A DNA stretch of 64,000 nucleotides from an uncultured Nitrososphaeraceae archaeon (GTDB lineage: Archaea > Thermoproteota > Nitrososphaeria > Nitrososphaerales > Nitrososphaeraceae): the NCBI GenBank assembly GCA_963837175.1, contig CAWIMJ010000012.1:128001-192000 (forward strand). The letters run 5' to 3'. A program made the position numbers and the translations under genes. The notes below the pieces were generated by a model, which had not been told where the DNA came from, searched no databases, and saw nothing but the letters and a program-made list of their open reading frames with translations. This document shows positions 22,175 to 34,179 of this stretch, piece by piece (within the stretch, counting starts at the first letter, position 1; every line of letters begins with the position of its first letter).

Positions 22175-24055
22175 TTAACCGTACTGGTAATTAATTCCTT
22201 TTTCGCCCCGAGGATGTCTCCATTCGGTATTTTTTGCACAAGTTCCACATTCTATACATCCTTCATGTTGAAGCATTACTTCATTGTTTTCTGTTATATA
22301 GCATTTTGTTGGACAAAGTATAACCATCTTTTTCATAAACTCGCTTTTTGGATCCAATACTTTGATATGGGAAAGAGAATCATCGTCATAATTCAGTTTT
22401 GCTATACGCTGAGCAATTGTTGGAATCGAAGGGAGATATGAAGAGAAAGATCTACTACCCAATTTTTCTGCAAGCTCAATTGGCACTTGGACATAAGTCT
22501 CTTCTGATTCTACCAATGGTAAGAGACGATCGTATCCTAGCATATTAGCAAAGCCTACTGCAAGTCCTCGCAATGTACCGCTAGACATTAACTTGAAGAT
22601 CATTCCATATCTAGAGCCGACAATATCTTTCGGAACGTCTTTTGCAGCATCTAGAAATATCTTAAGATAATCTTTGTCGATTTCTTTCATGTCTCGCGTA
22701 TATGGACTATCCTCAACTAGCTGGCTATAAAATTCGCCCATATAACTATGAGAAAAGTTGTTTCTATCAATAGATCTTGCAACAGCATTGGCAGCCCTGA
22801 CTGCATCATCTATTCCTACATTAAGACCTTCTATTCTAGGACCTATAAAAATGCCCCGACCTGCAGCATCGCCTATAAATAAGATGTTCTTATAATATGG
22901 TTTCTTCATCCTACAGCGTTTTCCATCAGGAACTAATTTTGCACTGTATTCTAGCTCAATATAATCAGTTACAAATCTTGTCCCATATTTGTTACTTAAT
23001 TCTTTTTGAATAGAATCAATTCTTGCCTTAATTTCTTCGACCGACTTGTATTTGCCATTTTCAATAAGTTTTGCTCTACCAGATGGAGAATAATATGTGT
23101 GACGTAGATCTTCCCATGTCTTTATTAATTTACTTACTGCAAAGCGTTTTCTTAGTTGCTCTTCTTTTGGAAGATCCTTGTTAATTTCCTCTTTTATTGG
23201 AACCTCATCTTTAATAAACTCTTTAACCATTGGATTATTTAGTAATGTGTTAATTAGAACATAAGGTTCAGTAGGATATTTCATTAAAGAATCATAATGA
23301 TATACAGCTCCAATAGATAGCGTATCCCTGTTAGTATAAACAAATCCGCCGCCTATATGATTCATTGTAATATCACCAGCAAACAGATGTGCAACTCCTT
23401 CATTTGATCCTACTTGGAATCTTTGCTCAATAATTTCCTCTGGCAGTTTGACTATAACCTTTACACCTTGATACAATTCATCAGGACCGAATTTGTGCCG
23501 GGCACCAGTTAATTCTGCAATTTCTGAATTAACACCATCTGCTGCAATAATCGCCTTTACCTCAAATTCCTCAAGTTCATTAGTTTTAACTATTACTCTG
23601 TCATTTTGTTGTTGTTGCCAAGAAAGCGACTGGACATGAACTCCAGAAATAACGCCACCTCCTTGTTTTTCAGCACTTTCTTCTGCTTCTTTTGCAAACC
23701 AAGAATTTAATTTATTTAAAAGGACTGAATAACCAAAATTTGCCTGATATTCATGAGCACGCGTTAAATCAATAGAAAATACCTTATCTTTTGAAGTAGA
23801 ATGAAGGATATACTTTGTAATTAGCCTTTCAAGTGGAGCCTCCGAAAGAAAATCTTTACCATATACGTCTTCAACATTAAAGACCTTACCATTCTTTAGT
23901 TTCTTTGAGTAGAGAATTCCACCGGAGATATTTTTTGAGCCGACTGTTTTTCCAGCCTCTATCAGCACAGCCTGTTTTCCGAGGTTTGATAACTGCCTAA
24001 GTGCCGCTAATCCAGCTGAACCACCACCCACTATAGCCACATCAAAATGCTCCAA
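22175..24055 (-). CDS. fixC: FixC-like flavoprotein (ETF:quinone oxidoreductase) fused to a FixX-like ferredoxin
   Basis: IVGGGSAG FAD motif, GSKNISGG, AADGVNS, IGDAAG; C-terminal LCPTKCY...HEGCIECGTC...WRHPRGEKGINYQYG. Confidence 0.87.
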   Translation of the reverse strand: MEHFDVAIVGGGSAGLAALRQLSNLGKQAVLIEAGKTVGSKNISGGILYSKKLKNGKVFNVEDVYGKDFLSEAPLERLITKYILHSTSKDKVFSIDLTRAHEYQANFGYSVLLNKLNSWFAKEAEESAEKQGGGVISGVHVQSLSWQQQQNDRVIVKTNELEEFEVKAIIAADGVNSEIAELTGARHKFGPDELYQGVKVIVKLPEEIIEQRFQVGSNEGVAHLFAGDITMNHIGGGFVYTNRDTLSIGAVYHYDSLMKYPTEPYVLINTLLNNPMVKEFIKDEVPIKEEINKDLPKEEQLRKRFAVSKLIKTWEDLRHTYYSPSGRAKLIENGKYKSVEEIKARIDSIQKELSNKYGTRFVTDYIELEYSAKLVPDGKRCRMKKPYYKNILFIGDAAGRGIFIGPRIEGLNVGIDDAVRAANAVARSIDRNNFSHSYMGEFYSQLVEDSPYTRDMKEIDKDYLKIFLDAAKDVPKDIVGSRYGMIFKLMSSGTLRGLAVGFANMLGYDRLLPLVESEETYVQVPIELAEKLGSRSFSSYLPSIPTIAQRIAKLNYDDDSLSHIKVLDPKSEFMKKMVILCPTKCYITENNEVMLQHEGCIECGTCAKNTEWRHPRGEKGINYQYG

Positions 24056-24058
24056 GTT

Positions 24059-25273
24059 TTACTTTCGAACCTCCATTAGTACTTTTTGTTTTCTCAATTC
24101 TTCTAACATCGTTGGAATAACATCTTCCATTCTGCCTTTAATGAAAATATCACACTCATCTTTTATTGATGAACTTTCATCAGGATTGATAGCAATGACA
24201 AATTCAGATTCTTTCATTCCCATAATATGCTGCATAGCCCCGCTGATACCTGCAGCAATATAAAGTAGTGGCATGACTTTTCGTCCACTTGTCCCGATTA
24301 CCCTGTCAGGAATAAAATATTTTGATTTGATCGATTCACTTACTGCAAATGGTTTCTTTGAAATGGGCAAAGATATCCCAACCTCTGCATCTAACTCTTT
24401 TGCCAGTTCTTCAATTAATTTGATGTTTTCTTCTGGAGAATCTTTGATTCCCCGTCCAAAACTAATGATTGCTTTGCAGCTATCAAAGTCAACAGTGCTT
24501 TTTACAATCTTGCGATTGAGTATTCTTATTTTGAGATCCATTTCCTCTAACTTTGGAATATAATCTATAACTGCTCCGCTCCTTGAAGTATCTTGTTTAA
24601 GTGGTTGGAATACACCCGGAATAATGCTACATGCCTGTGGATGGTATTCTCTTTCTATTAATGGATTTCTATTATCAAGACACAAAATAGTAGTCCACAG
24701 AAAACCTGAAAAATCAGGCCTATACATTTCAAGTGTCTTACTGTATTTTACAAGCTGACCTTTCGTCTTGTGTTCATGCCTAATCTCTATATCTGATATC
24801 ACAAGTTTGTTAATGTCTGATGCAAGACCAGATTCTAGTTCTGCCAATACCGTTGATGACAAATGTCTGCCAATATTATCAGCAGCAAAAAACATGTATC
24901 TAGGCTTTCTGAACTTGTCAGCATCATAGTCTAAAGAGATCTTGGACACACATTTTTTATCTTTTGCAATCTGGCTAATCACTTTTGTATATACTAGATT
25001 TCTCGGATACTGTAATTCTGGGTTCTCTGCATATATTACTGCATCAGCACCATAAAATATTAATTCTTCGCACAATTTTCTGACATTATTTCCTAATACT
25101 ACCGCGACAACTTTTTCATGAGAAGAATACTTTGTGTTAAAATCATCCATCAGTCTTCTTGCTTCACCAAGCATCTCTAAACTAACAGGAATTGGTTTGC
25201 CTTCTTCATGTTCAATTATAACATATAGATGTTGATAATTACCTTCACTGCTAGGGGACGTAGTAGTATTCAT
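24059..25273 (-). CDS. fixB: Electron transfer flavoprotein alpha subunit (FixB/EtfA)
   Basis: SLEMLGEARRL, IGTSGRKV, YIAAGISGAMQHIMGM, IAINPD. Confidence 0.9.
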   Translation of the reverse strand: MNTTTSPSSEGNYQHLYVIIEHEEGKPIPVSLEMLGEARRLMDDFNTKYSSHEKVVAVVLGNNVRKLCEELIFYGADAVIYAENPELQYPRNLVYTKVISQIAKDKKCVSKISLDYDADKFRKPRYMFFAADNIGRHLSSTVLAELESGLASDINKLVISDIEIRHEHKTKGQLVKYSKTLEMYRPDFSGFLWTTILCLDNRNPLIEREYHPQACSIIPGVFQPLKQDTSRSGAVIDYIPKLEEMDLKIRILNRKIVKSTVDFDSCKAIISFGRGIKDSPEENIKLIEELAKELDAEVGISLPISKKPFAVSESIKSKYFIPDRVIGTSGRKVMPLLYIAAGISGAMQHIMGMKESEFVIAINPDESSSIKDECDIFIKGRMEDVIPTMLEELRKQKVLMEVRK

Positions 25274-26175
25274 CTAATTATCATACCTCCAAGAACATCA
25301 CGTATCCTTGTGACAACCTTGCGTATCTGTTCGGAATCTGATCCATCTACAATTTCGGCTTTTCTACTTGCTTTTGCCTTGGGAATCTTTTCTACTTTGT
25401 ATACAATTGTAGGAGATCCAGGAAGACCAACTAACTTCAAATCGACTCCTAGTTGCTGAGCGTTGAAAATTTTGAGATATTTCTTGTAATCCTGAACTCG
25501 ATTTGTTGCCTCTTTCATGTGCTTTACAAATGCCAATCTTTGTGAAATGGTTCTAAAGAAAGGCTTGTAGGATGCGTCAATTGTAATAAAGACAGGTAAT
25601 TGAGCTTCTACCTCTTCAATAATATCGTAAAAACCTTGCAAGGTTATCAACCGTTTTGCAATAACGACTCTTCTTTCAATATCAACTTCATAATCAATTA
25701 CGTTGCCTAGAAAGGTATATCCAAGCTTCCACGCTGTCTGTGGACCAGTCTGACCAGTTTCACCGTCAGATGCTCGATGCCCTGAAAATACTATATCCAT
25801 TTTCTTGCCATTTTCCATTTTGCTTATACCAGTTTTTAGGACTTCAGCGGTGGCGAGAGTATCTGCACCAGCAAATATTCTGTCGCTATAAAGATGTAAT
25901 TCATCTGCATCACATATTGCTTGCGCTTGCTGTAAAGCAACATCAGCAATAGGAGGACCCATTGTTCCAACAGAAACATAAGCATCATACTTTACCTTGG
26001 CATAAAATGCAGCACGCGATGCAATAGCACTATGAGGGCCAAGTATGCTCTTTGTTTCTGCTCTATTTAAAGTTCCGTCAGCATTGTAACTAACGTTGCC
26101 CTCCGAAAAATCAGGCTCCAGTTTTACAATTACGGCGACATTTAGTAAATTGCCCATTATACTTGCTCTGTCCAT
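25270..26175 (-). CDS. fixA: Electron transfer flavoprotein beta subunit (FixA/EtfB)
   Basis: TMGPP, SDRIFAGADTLATA, SDGETGQTGP, GLPGSPT. Confidence 0.9.
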   Translation of the reverse strand: MDRASIMGNLLNVAVIVKLEPDFSEGNVSYNADGTLNRAETKSILGPHSAIASRAAFYAKVKYDAYVSVGTMGPPIADVALQQAQAICDADELHLYSDRIFAGADTLATAEVLKTGISKMENGKKMDIVFSGHRASDGETGQTGPQTAWKLGYTFLGNVIDYEVDIERRVVIAKRLITLQGFYDIIEEVEAQLPVFITIDASYKPFFRTISQRLAFVKHMKEATNRVQDYKKYLKIFNAQQLGVDLKLVGLPGSPTIVYKVEKIPKAKASRKAEIVDGSDSEQIRKVVTRIRDVLGGMIIR

Positions 26176-26357
26176 CTATTACCTTTAAATGGGTTGTGGA
26201 AGAAACCGATTGTTAGAGTATGATCCTAATGATGATAATCTTATAGCACTATTTTCTAATTCGATCTAATAGTGATTGTGGCTTCATAGTCAGTACGTTT
26301 ATTTATTGAGGATGGGAAAGCAAGTGTTTGAGAAATGAGTTGATCAGAACCAGGCAA

Positions 26358-27089
26358 TCACAACTTTTGTGATTGAGGCATAGCAAGAGTTTGTTCATAA
26401 TAAGCCGATCGTAATTGCTCATAGGCCCATCTTATCTTTCTATAGAATTCAGGCATCTTTGGAGAGAGCATTGTATAAGCAAGATAAAAGTCTTCAGCCT
26501 CTCTCATGTACCGCTTCATCTTGTCATAGACTACTTTATTATTCAATCCTGCTCTGCTGACAAGAAATATCATATTGTTAAGCCTATCTGCAAGTTTAAT
26601 GGTCTTTACATCATATTCTGCCACTGTGAGAATATCACAATACTTTTGGAACCTGGATAATTGACGCTCCTCATCATCTCTACCGCGATAATTTTCAAGA
26701 GGATGAATTTTCAATTCAGTTGCAATTTCGTATACTCTATTTCCGAATCGGTATCTAAGATCAGCCTCAAAACCATAAGCCTTTGTTTTATACCAATCTA
26801 AAATTCTGTCATTATCTTCTAATACATCATGCAAAATTGCAGAAGCAATTTCAACACTAGTAATATTGCGATTAGTCGACCTGTAATGTTTTACAACATC
26901 AATTGTGACTGGCCATGTATGTGTTTCTAAAAAAATTGAAACTCCGTCTTCTCTTTTTACTCCTTGATGAATCTCTTCTGCGACTTTGACTGCACTTTCA
27001 ATAAAATTATCAATACGTAGCTTGGCTTGATTTTCTAAAAAAGATAAAAATTCCTCCTTGCTTGCTTCATAAGTAGGTTTATCTTCCAT
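26358..27089 (-). CDS. HD-domain phosphohydrolase, RelA/SpoT-hydrolase (Mesh1/SAH)-like
   Basis: AEEIHQGVKREDG..FLETH, AILHDVLED, IKLADRLNNM. Confidence 0.8.
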   Translation of the reverse strand: MEDKPTYEASKEEFLSFLENQAKLRIDNFIESAVKVAEEIHQGVKREDGVSIFLETHTWPVTIDVVKHYRSTNRNITSVEIASAILHDVLEDNDRILDWYKTKAYGFEADLRYRFGNRVYEIATELKIHPLENYRGRDDEERQLSRFQKYCDILTVAEYDVKTIKLADRLNNMIFLVSRAGLNNKVVYDKMKRYMREAEDFYLAYTMLSPKMPEFYRKIRWAYEQLRSAYYEQTLAMPQSQKL

Positions 27090-27602
27090 AAAATATTAAA
27101 GGGATAGTTAAACAAAAGGCTTGCTAATATGTTTATTAAAATATTGTAAGTACTTATTAGTAACGTAAGATTTATTCTAATATTTGGTTTTTATGGTATC
27201 AGCAGCTTTTCATCTTCTTTAAAGTGTTTTATATATTGGAGAATATAATAGAGTTGATTTTAGATGAGACATTACCTTCGATATTATCGTCCATACAGAG
27301 AATAACAAACATGGGCTAAGTTTATAAATTGATTTAAGAGAAAAATTTTGAAGAATTGGAATTTCTTTCTCATTCTAATAATTCCATCCCATACTCAATG
27401 TCTTGCATTCAGATGAGGAGTAATTGTAAAAGGTATATACAAAATCTATGCTATTGAGTCAGGCAGTTCTGTACTTAGAATTACTCAAGGTTTATCAAAT
27501 ATCATTAAGTTCTTCTAAACCACGAAATGGAGAATCCATTATATAGTTAAGACTGATCTTTGCCATAACAATATATTCTCGTTTTGATGAGTAATTCTTC
27601 CA

Positions 27603-29622
27603 GTGCTAACCTCTAGTTCGAAAGGAAGATTTGTTCTATCAGAAAATGTATTTTCACCTAAAGGCGACCAGCCTGAGGCTATTGAAAAATTAGTAAAAGG
27701 GATATTTGCAAGAAAAGCATGAAGGAGGACGATGCCAGACTTTGGTTGGAGTTACGGGCAGTGGAAAAACATTTACAATAGCAAATGTTATCGCAAAAAC
27801 AAACAAAAATACTCTTGTAATTTCCCATAATAAAACGCTGGCTGCACAATTGTATGCAGAATTCAAAGAATTTTTTCCAAATAATAACGTAGGATACTTT
27901 GTCAGTTTTTATGACTATTATCAACCTGAAAGTTACATTCCGCAAACAGATACCTATATCGAAAAGGATACAGAGGTTAATGAAAAAATTGAAAAAATGA
28001 GATTGGAAGCAACTGCAATGTTAATGTCCGGAGATCCAACGATAATTGTATCTACAGTATCATGCATATACTCACTTGGCTCGCCTACTGAATGGGAAGA
28101 AAGTGCTACTACAATAAGTAAAGGTATGACAATTAACAGAAAAGTGTTAATTCACAATCTGATCGAAGCGCGTTACGAACGCAATGACGTTTCTTTGTTG
28201 CCAGGAAACTTCAGGGCAAAGGGTGACACCATAGATATTATTCCAGGCTACTCTGATGATGTAATACGTATTTCCCTTTTCGGAGATGAAATCGAAAAGA
28301 TTACCATTCATGATCATATTACTATGAAGAAGATCAGAGATGCCAATTCTGTAAAAATCTTTCCAGCTAAACATTATATTGTAGACGACAGTTCGAGATT
28401 AGGCGCCATCGAATCAATAAGGCGTGAATTGGCTAGATGGCTTCCTAATTTACCAGGTGAACTTGAAAAACAAAGACTTGCTTCGCGTACAAAATACGAT
28501 TTAGAGATGATTGAGGAATTGGGCTATTGTTCTGGAATCGAAAATTATTCTCGTCATTTAGATGGTAGGGCTCCTGGGCAACCTCCCTATTGTTTGCTAG
28601 ACTTTTTTGGCCAAGATTTTCTACTAGTCATAGACGAATCCCATGTTACATTACCCCAACTTCATGGGATGTATAAGGGAGATTATACACGTAAGAGAAT
28701 GCTAGTTGATTATGGATTTAGACTACCAAGTGCTTTCGATAATCGTCCCCTAAAGTTTGAGGAATTTGAGAAATATTTAAGTAATAATGTAATTTTTGTA
28801 TCTGCAACACCGGCGAGCTATGAATTAAGGTCAAGCCGGCAAATTGTAGAACAATTGGTAAGACCTACTGGACTTGTCGATCCGAAAATAGAGATCAGAT
28901 CTACAAAAAATCAGATAAAAGATTTGATTAAAGAAATTACTGACAGAGCAAATAAAGACCAGAGAATTCTTGTCACGACTCTAACAAAGAGGATGGCAGA
29001 AGACCTTGCAGAATTTCTATCCAAGAACGGTATAAGAGTACGTTATTTGCACTCTGAAATTGAAGGATTAGAAAGAACAGAGTTGATACGCCAGTTACGA
29101 TTGGGCGAATTTGATGTTTTAGTAGGCATCAACTTACTTAGAGAAGGATTAGACATCCCGGAAGTGTCTCTTGTTGCCATATTGGATGCTGACAAAGAAG
29201 GATTTCTACGCAATAATACAAGTTTAATACAGACTTTTGGTCGTGCTGCAAGAAATGTCGATGGTATGGTTATTATGTATGCAGATAATATTACCGACTC
29301 AATAAAAAGTGCGATAGTAGAAACTGAGAGAAGGCGCAAAAAACAAATCCAATATAATGAGAAGAACAAGATAACACCCAAATCAGTTATCAAAGCCATC
29401 CCAGATAAAGCAACAACAAAATCAGACATAGACTTCAAAACACTTACAAAATCTATGACTCGATCAGACTTGCTCAAACTTACAATAGAGACAGAAGCAA
29501 CCATGAAGAAATTTGCTGAAGAATTGGATTTTGAAAAAGCCATTGAATTTAGAGAAAAACTGAATAAGATAAAGAATGTCTTAGGAGAACTAACACATGT
29601 AGAGGTTCATAAATATGCATGA
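27603..29622 (+). CDS. uvrB: Excinuclease ABC subunit B (+1 frameshift at ~27705)
   Basis: FSPKGDQPEAIEKL in the upstream frame from GTG 27603; GVTGSGKTFT, YYQPESY, DESH, GRAARN downstream. Confidence 0.96.
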
Positions 29623-32506
29623 TAAAATAGTTATAAAAGGTGCAAGACAGCACAACCTAAAAAATATCAATTTAGAAATTCCAAAAAACAAACTCGTTGT
29701 AATCACCGGATTATCAGGCTCAGGTAAATCTACACTTGCATTTGATACTATCTATGCAGAAGGACAAAGGCGGTATGTAGAGTCATTATCAGCGTACGCA
29801 AGACAATTTTTGGAGTTAATGGACAAACCAGATGTTGATTCTATCGATGGTTTATCGCCAGCAATTTCAATACAACAAAAGACTACCAGCAAGAATCCAC
29901 GTTCTACCGTAGGAACTGTAACAGAGATTTATGATTATCTAAGATTGCTATATGCCAGAATAGGAGTACCTAAATGTCCTGAATGCAGTAGAACAATTAC
30001 AAGTCAATCTTCAGATTCTATTACAGAATCAATACTGAAATCGGCTAAGAAAAAGAAGAATAGCTCAATAATGATTCTTGCTTCAGTCGTTTCATCAAAG
30101 AAAGGTACATATGAAAAAGTATTCAATGAAATAAAAAAAGATGGCTTTTCCAGGATTCGATTAGATGGTGCGATAACCAATCTGGAAGATGAAGACCAAG
30201 AACAACAACAAGAACATAAATCAAAATACCCTAGATTAGACAGACAAAAAAAACACACTATTGAAGTCATCGTTGACAGATTAAAGATTATGACTGAAGA
30301 AAAAAGCAGATTATTTGAGTCCGTCCAATCTGCCCTTAAGATAGGAAATGGTATTGTGATTGCCTCAATAGACGGTGAAGATATATTATACTCCCAACGC
30401 AATGCATGCCCGTATTGCGGTATAAGTCTAGGTGATTTAGAACCACGCTCATTTTCATTTAATTCTCCTTTCGGTGCCTGCAGAGAGTGCAACGGGCTTG
30501 GAGTAAAAATCGAATTTGATCCTGAACTTATTATTCCAGACAAGTCAAAAAGCATATTGGATGGAGCAGTGAAACCCTGGTCTGGTTACTTCGCTACATT
30601 TCGTTCTGCAATGCTCAGAGACGTCGGCAAACATTTTGGGTTTAATCTTTATACTCCTATCTCAAAGATGACAGAAGAGCAGGTCAGAGTCATTTTGTAT
30701 GGAACAGATGAAAAAATTCATTATAAATATGAAGGAAAATATTCTTCAGCTAGCAGATGGGAATTTAGAGGATCCTTTGAAGGTGTAATTCCCAACTTGG
30801 AGCGCTTGTATAAGGAAACTGAATCAGAATCAAAACGTGAAGATATCATGCAGTTTATGCGAGAGCGTACCTGCGACAGCTGTCTAGGTAGGAGATTGCG
30901 TAGAGAAGCACTTTCAGTCAAAATACAAGAAAAGTCGATCATGGATATATGCGATCTTTCAATTGATAACTGTTATCAATTCTTCAGAACCATAGAGCTT
31001 TCAGAAACTGAAAGATATATTGCAAGAACAATACTAAAAGAGATTATTTCAAGGCTTGAATTCTTAAATAATGTTGGATTAAACTATTTGTCCCTGAATA
31101 GAGTTACAGCCACACTTTCTGGTGGAGAATCACAGAGAATTAGATTAGCAACCCAAGTTGGTTCAAATTTAACTGGAGTTCTTTATGTCCTTGATGAACC
31201 TACTATAGGTTTGCATCAGAGAGATAATGCTAAATTAATTGATACTTTAAAAAAATTACGTGATCTTGATAATACGCTGCTCGTAGTTGAACATGATGAA
31301 GAAGTAATCCGTAATGCAGACTGGATCGTTGATATTGGGCCTGGCGCTGGCGTGCACGGTGGAGAAATTACTGCATATGGCCTATTAGGAAACGTTCTAG
31401 ATAATAAGAATTCTGTTACAGGAGCTTTCCTCAGAGGTGACAAAGTTGTGTCCTATCCTAAGCAAGACAAAAAAATTCCACAGGGATGGCTAACTGTTTA
31501 CGGAGCGCAGGAAAATAATCTAAAATCAATTGATGTACAATTTCCTATTGGTTGCATGACAGCCGTGACAGGAGTTTCTGGCTCTGGCAAATCAACATTA
31601 GTAAATGATATCTTATTCAAAGCCCTTGCAGGTCATATCTATAACACTAAAGAAAAGCCTGGTAAGCATAGAAATTTATCGGGTTTGGAATATATAGATA
31701 AAGTCATAGGAATAGATCAATCACCAATTGGTCGTACTCCAAGGTCAAATGCAGCTACCTATGTTAACGCTTTTACTCCAATTAGAGAACTATTTGCAAA
31801 GACTTCCCAAGCGAAAGAAATGGGATATAAGCCTGGAAGATTTTCGTTTAATGTTTCACAGGGAAGATGCGAAGAATGTCAAGGTGGTGGAGTCAAAAAA
31901 ATTGAAATGCAATTTTTACCTGATGTCTATGTTACATGTGATGAATGCAAAGGAAAACGATATAATTCGGAAACGCTCTCTATAAAGTACAGGGGAAAGA
32001 CAATTTCTGACGTACTGAATATGACAGTCGACGAAGCATTAGAATTCTTTGAAAATATCTCAATTATTGAAAAGAAGCTTCAAACTCTGAAGGATGTAGG
32101 ACTTGGATACATACGTCTTGGCCAACCTGCCACTACATTGTCTGGCGGTGAAGCACAGAGAATTAAACTTGCTTCAGAGCTCTCAAAAAGAGATACGGGT
32201 AAAACAGTATACATTCTCGATGAACCTACGACAGGACTTCATTTCGCAGATGTTAGCAAATTATTGCATGTTCTAAAAAGACTAGAAGATCTTGGTAATA
32301 CTATAATAGTTATTGAACATAATCTAGATGTAATCATAAGCGCCGATTGGATTATAGACCTTGGCCCAGAAGGCGGAGAAGGCGGCGGCAAGGTAGTGGT
32401 TACGGGAACACCCCATGAGGTTGCAGAAAATAAGGATAGCCATACTGGGAAATATCTAAAACCTAAGTTAGCAATTGATCAAATCATCCAGAGGAGTGCA
32501 AGATAA
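29615..32506 (+). CDS. uvrA: Excinuclease ABC subunit A
   Basis: GARQHNLKN, two GxSGSGKS Walker A motifs, LSGGE signatures, zinc fingers. Confidence 0.98.
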   Translation: MHDKIVIKGARQHNLKNINLEIPKNKLVVITGLSGSGKSTLAFDTIYAEGQRRYVESLSAYARQFLELMDKPDVDSIDGLSPAISIQQKTTSKNPRSTVGTVTEIYDYLRLLYARIGVPKCPECSRTITSQSSDSITESILKSAKKKKNSSIMILASVVSSKKGTYEKVFNEIKKDGFSRIRLDGAITNLEDEDQEQQQEHKSKYPRLDRQKKHTIEVIVDRLKIMTEEKSRLFESVQSALKIGNGIVIASIDGEDILYSQRNACPYCGISLGDLEPRSFSFNSPFGACRECNGLGVKIEFDPELIIPDKSKSILDGAVKPWSGYFATFRSAMLRDVGKHFGFNLYTPISKMTEEQVRVILYGTDEKIHYKYEGKYSSASRWEFRGSFEGVIPNLERLYKETESESKREDIMQFMRERTCDSCLGRRLRREALSVKIQEKSIMDICDLSIDNCYQFFRTIELSETERYIARTILKEIISRLEFLNNVGLNYLSLNRVTATLSGGESQRIRLATQVGSNLTGVLYVLDEPTIGLHQRDNAKLIDTLKKLRDLDNTLLVVEHDEEVIRNADWIVDIGPGAGVHGGEITAYGLLGNVLDNKNSVTGAFLRGDKVVSYPKQDKKIPQGWLTVYGAQENNLKSIDVQFPIGCMTAVTGVSGSGKSTLVNDILFKALAGHIYNTKEKPGKHRNLSGLEYIDKVIGIDQSPIGRTPRSNAATYVNAFTPIRELFAKTSQAKEMGYKPGRFSFNVSQGRCEECQGGGVKKIEMQFLPDVYVTCDECKGKRYNSETLSIKYRGKTISDVLNMTVDEALEFFENISIIEKKLQTLKDVGLGYIRLGQPATTLSGGEAQRIKLASELSKRDTGKTVYILDEPTTGLHFADVSKLLHVLKRLEDLGNTIIVIEHNLDVIISADWIIDLGPEGGEGGGKVVVTGTPHEVAENKDSHTGKYLKPKLAIDQIIQRSAR

Positions 32507-34179
32507 TGGTGGTGGTAGCGTCGTCATCTTCATCTACAGTAGATATATCATCCATTACAAAAAAGCAAATCCCTCACGATCCTGGCGTGTATCTAATGAA
32601 AGATAAAGAAGGAAAAATAATTTATATTGGAAAGGCAAAAAATATACGTAGACGTCTTAATTCTTATTTTTCTTTTTCAAAAAATAATAATAGCTGGAAA
32701 ACATCTCGCCTTATAAATAAGATTGCAAATATCGAATTTGTATTAACTGATAATGAGATCGAAGCATTCTTACTGGAATCTAATTTGATTAAAAGATTTA
32801 GACCGCTATTCAATATTGAACTAAAAGATCAGCAGCGCTATACATACCTGAAAATTACTGATGAAATTTTCCCCCGCCTGCTTGTAGCAAGACGCAATAG
32901 AAATGGAGAATTTTATGGACCAAAGGGCAAAATATATGGTCCTTTTGTTAGAGGTAGTTCAAAATTTCTTACTGTAGGCCTTTTAAGAAAATTATTCAAG
33001 ATTCGAATCTGCGATAAACTGCCAAAGAAACCATGTTTAGAATATTTCATTAAGAATTGTGACGCACCTTGCATCAACAATATGGCTAGAACAGAGTATA
33101 TGGGAAATGTTCTTGCATTACAGAAAATATTAGAAGGAAAAAGTAGTATTGATAATTTTATAAATGAAATGGAACATGACATGAATCAAGCATCAGAGCT
33201 TAAACAGTATGAAAAGGCAATTGAAATTCGTGATACTCTCCATAGATTGAACAATTTACGTGTAAAACAGAAAATGGAAAAAGCGGTAAATGGTAATGTC
33301 GATGAAGAATATGTTGGAATAGTTAGAGAGGAGGAAAAAGGTATTGCAAATGTAATGACTTTATTGAGAACTCGTGGTGTTATCAGTGATCGTAAAAGAT
33401 TTCAATTTGAATTAGTTGGTGATAATTCCCTTTCTACCTTCCTATCACAGTATTATTCAACCGTTCCAATAATTCCAAGATATATATACGTTAATGAAGA
33501 GCCGGAATCAAAGGATTCTATAGAAGAATTATTGGAAAAACTCTCTGAGCATAAGGTGAGTATTATTCAGATTTCTCCTAACTTTCCAATGAAAGAGAAA
33601 AGGCAGTTAATGGAACTAGTTTTACGCAATATTAATCTTTACGCTGGAAATGATCATGATCCCTCTATAGTAGAACTAAAAAAGATTCTTCAATTGCCTA
33701 CTATGCCATCTGTAATAGATTGTTTTGATATATCAAATTTCGGAACTACATTTGCTGTTGGATCCGCTACAAGATTCATTAACGGTCATCCAAATAAAGC
33801 TGGTTACAGAAAATTCAGAATTAAGACAAAGCTATTTAGCCAAAATGACTTTGCAATGATTGAAGAAATTGTAACGCGTAGATACTTGCATTATGAAAAA
33901 AATAATGACAAACATCAAATGCCCGATTTAATAGTAATTGACGGAGGAAAAGGACAGTTAAATTCTGCAATTAACGGTCTTCATAAACTAGGAATAGATA
34001 TTCCATGCATATCCCTTGCAAAAGAAAATGAAGAAATCCATACACCTTATTCATCTGAGCCCATAATTCTTCCAAGGAACAGCTCTGCACTTAAGATGCT
34101 TCAGCATATTAGGAACGAAGCTCACAGATTTGGTTTAGCATATAATGTTAACCTGAGAAAAATCAGTTCTAGTAATTAA
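32506..34179 (+). CDS. uvrC: Excinuclease ABC subunit C (apparently without the C-terminal HhH2 domain)
   Basis: PGVYLMKD..IIYIGKAKN GIY-YIG, CFDISN, PDLIVIDGGKGQL, IRNEAHRF. Confidence 0.95.
   Translation: MVVVASSSSSTVDISSITKKQIPHDPGVYLMKDKEGKIIYIGKAKNIRRRLNSYFSFSKNNNSWKTSRLINKIANIEFVLTDNEIEAFLLESNLIKRFRPLFNIELKDQQRYTYLKITDEIFPRLLVARRNRNGEFYGPKGKIYGPFVRGSSKFLTVGLLRKLFKIRICDKLPKKPCLEYFIKNCDAPCINNMARTEYMGNVLALQKILEGKSSIDNFINEMEHDMNQASELKQYEKAIEIRDTLHRLNNLRVKQKMEKAVNGNVDEEYVGIVREEEKGIANVMTLLRTRGVISDRKRFQFELVGDNSLSTFLSQYYSTVPIIPRYIYVNEEPESKDSIEELLEKLSEHKVSIIQISPNFPMKEKRQLMELVLRNINLYAGNDHDPSIVELKKILQLPTMPSVIDCFDISNFGTTFAVGSATRFINGHPNKAGYRKFRIKTKLFSQNDFAMIEEIVTRRYLHYEKNNDKHQMPDLIVIDGGKGQLNSAINGLHKLGIDIPCISLAKENEEIHTPYSSEPIILPRNSSALKMLQHIRNEAHRFGLAYNVNLRKISSSN

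Noticed and set aside
4519-34179. Bacterial-type grpE-dnaK-dnaJ and uvrBAC as a recent horizontal island or chimeric contig
   Set aside because: These genes are established components of Nitrososphaerota genomes and are interleaved with archaeal genes of similar composition.
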